Source of the DNA: Anthoceros angustus
Lineage: Eukaryota > Plantae > Anthocerotophyta
Reading direction: 5' to 3'
Assembly (NCBI GenBank): GCA_010909165.1
Contig: MU008199.1
Span: 638,248-702,247, forward strand
DNA: 64,000 bases
Shown here: positions 62,931-64,000 of the stretch, piece after piece
Layout of the letters: the number at the start of each line of letters is the position of its first letter
How positions within the stretch are numbered: position 1 is the first letter of the stretch
The notes under the pieces: model-generated
Seen by the model: the letters and a program-made list of their open reading frames with translations, nothing else
What the model was told of the DNA's origin: nothing
The model's database searches: none
Made by a program: the position numbers and the translations under genes

Positions 62931-64000
62931 CACTACTACAAAACATATGGCTTTTAACGCAAAATATAATGTAACAATGACGCATAGTGGCCCGGAATCA
63001 CGTGTGGTCCTTTTAGCCAAAGCGTTATAAAATACATTATAATGAACTCGATATTCTTTTTAACGTGGCAACCTTACCGGTTGCCATGGAATGCCCGGGT
63101 GGTGGCAAGTGTTATCCGGCAGATGCCTATAACCGGGTATATGGTATGGGCGGCCAGGACGGGTCCCTGGGCCACCGTGGGTTGCTCAGGCCTGCTAGGG
63201 CGGTGACGGGCACCGCCCCGCCCGACCATAGAATCTCGGTCACCGGGCTGCACCTGCTTTCCTCTTCCGCTACCGGGCGGTTGAATTCAAAAGTCGGCTT
63301 CTTGGTAAGAGCGTATTTGACCGGTTTGACCGTCCAACAACATGATGTCGCGGTTGTTCATTGGTGCGCAAACACACTCCATGATGGGCCTTGATTGGTG
63401 AAATAGATCGAAAATGGTGGATGTTCATTGGCCGCATCCAATTCGATGCTCGACAATACCCTAGTTGGCTTTACACCGAAAACCATGCCCTTCACGCTTC
63501 AAGACCGCATCGATTGAATGTGTCCGATGCTTTCAACCGGATTTGAAATTTGAGCGGGTTTCTACAAGCTCATTTATGCATTGATTAAACTATAATATTT
63601 GTTTAGGTAAATTAATAATTACATGAAATCGTGATTACGGTAAACCGTACACGCCCACACTAATCCACGCTCACTAGTTCTATGCATACCGAGAAAGCGA
63701 AATGGTGGCTCGCCTTCGACCTCTTCATGCGCCCGCCTCCTTCCCTCCCATCACGCTTGCGCGACTTTGGTTACCTCCTTCCAAGCGGCAATGTGTGGTG
63801 CATTGGCCCGTCTCGGTCATTGACATCCCCTTCGTAAACGGATGTTGACATGGATGGCGAGCGCAAAGCCTTTAAATTACGCTCAAGTTCTAACGAATGG
63901 ATGTAAGTGCTAGCATGTCGTCACTCCTTACTTCCTCCGCCTTTCTCAGTATCGATGCCCCTCTACATTCGCAAGGGGAATCAAGCATCGCACTGCACAT
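62931..64000. mobile_element. CACTA element 2, left end, running off the window
   Basis: CACTACTACAAAACA begins exactly where the copia 4 protease region stops. The other TIR is not in the window. Confidence 0.7.

Overview
Eukaryotic (plant) nuclear DNA, probably from a non-seed lineage (inferred from the TE repertoire, low confidence). One intact 13-exon host gene (19403-25354, +, about 1374 aa, all introns GT-AG and frame-consistent) resembles the plant SAGA-subunit/ADA3-like family (Arabidopsis At4g29790/At2g19390/At5g22450, recalled from motifs). It sits as an island in nested transposable elements: two CRE-like non-LTR retrotransposons with C-terminal restriction-like endonuclease (one with a 13-bp TSD, one split by a copia), two different Sola-type DDD transposases, four Ty1/copia elements (two with both LTRs and 5-bp TSDs), two CACTA elements, a gypsy RT fragment and several tandem arrays. 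Unexplained structure includes four 1.1-1.9 kb tandem duplications with microhomology junctions, a ~570-bp almost pure C/G block, and the same one-base loss in three independent tRNA-iMet primer binding sites. Indels between duplicate copies cluster at CAG/CTG (CHG) sites and spare the host gene. This looks like a methylation-linked long-read error footprint, so several 'degenerate' elements may really be intact. No prokaryotic system (CRISPR, operon) is supported.
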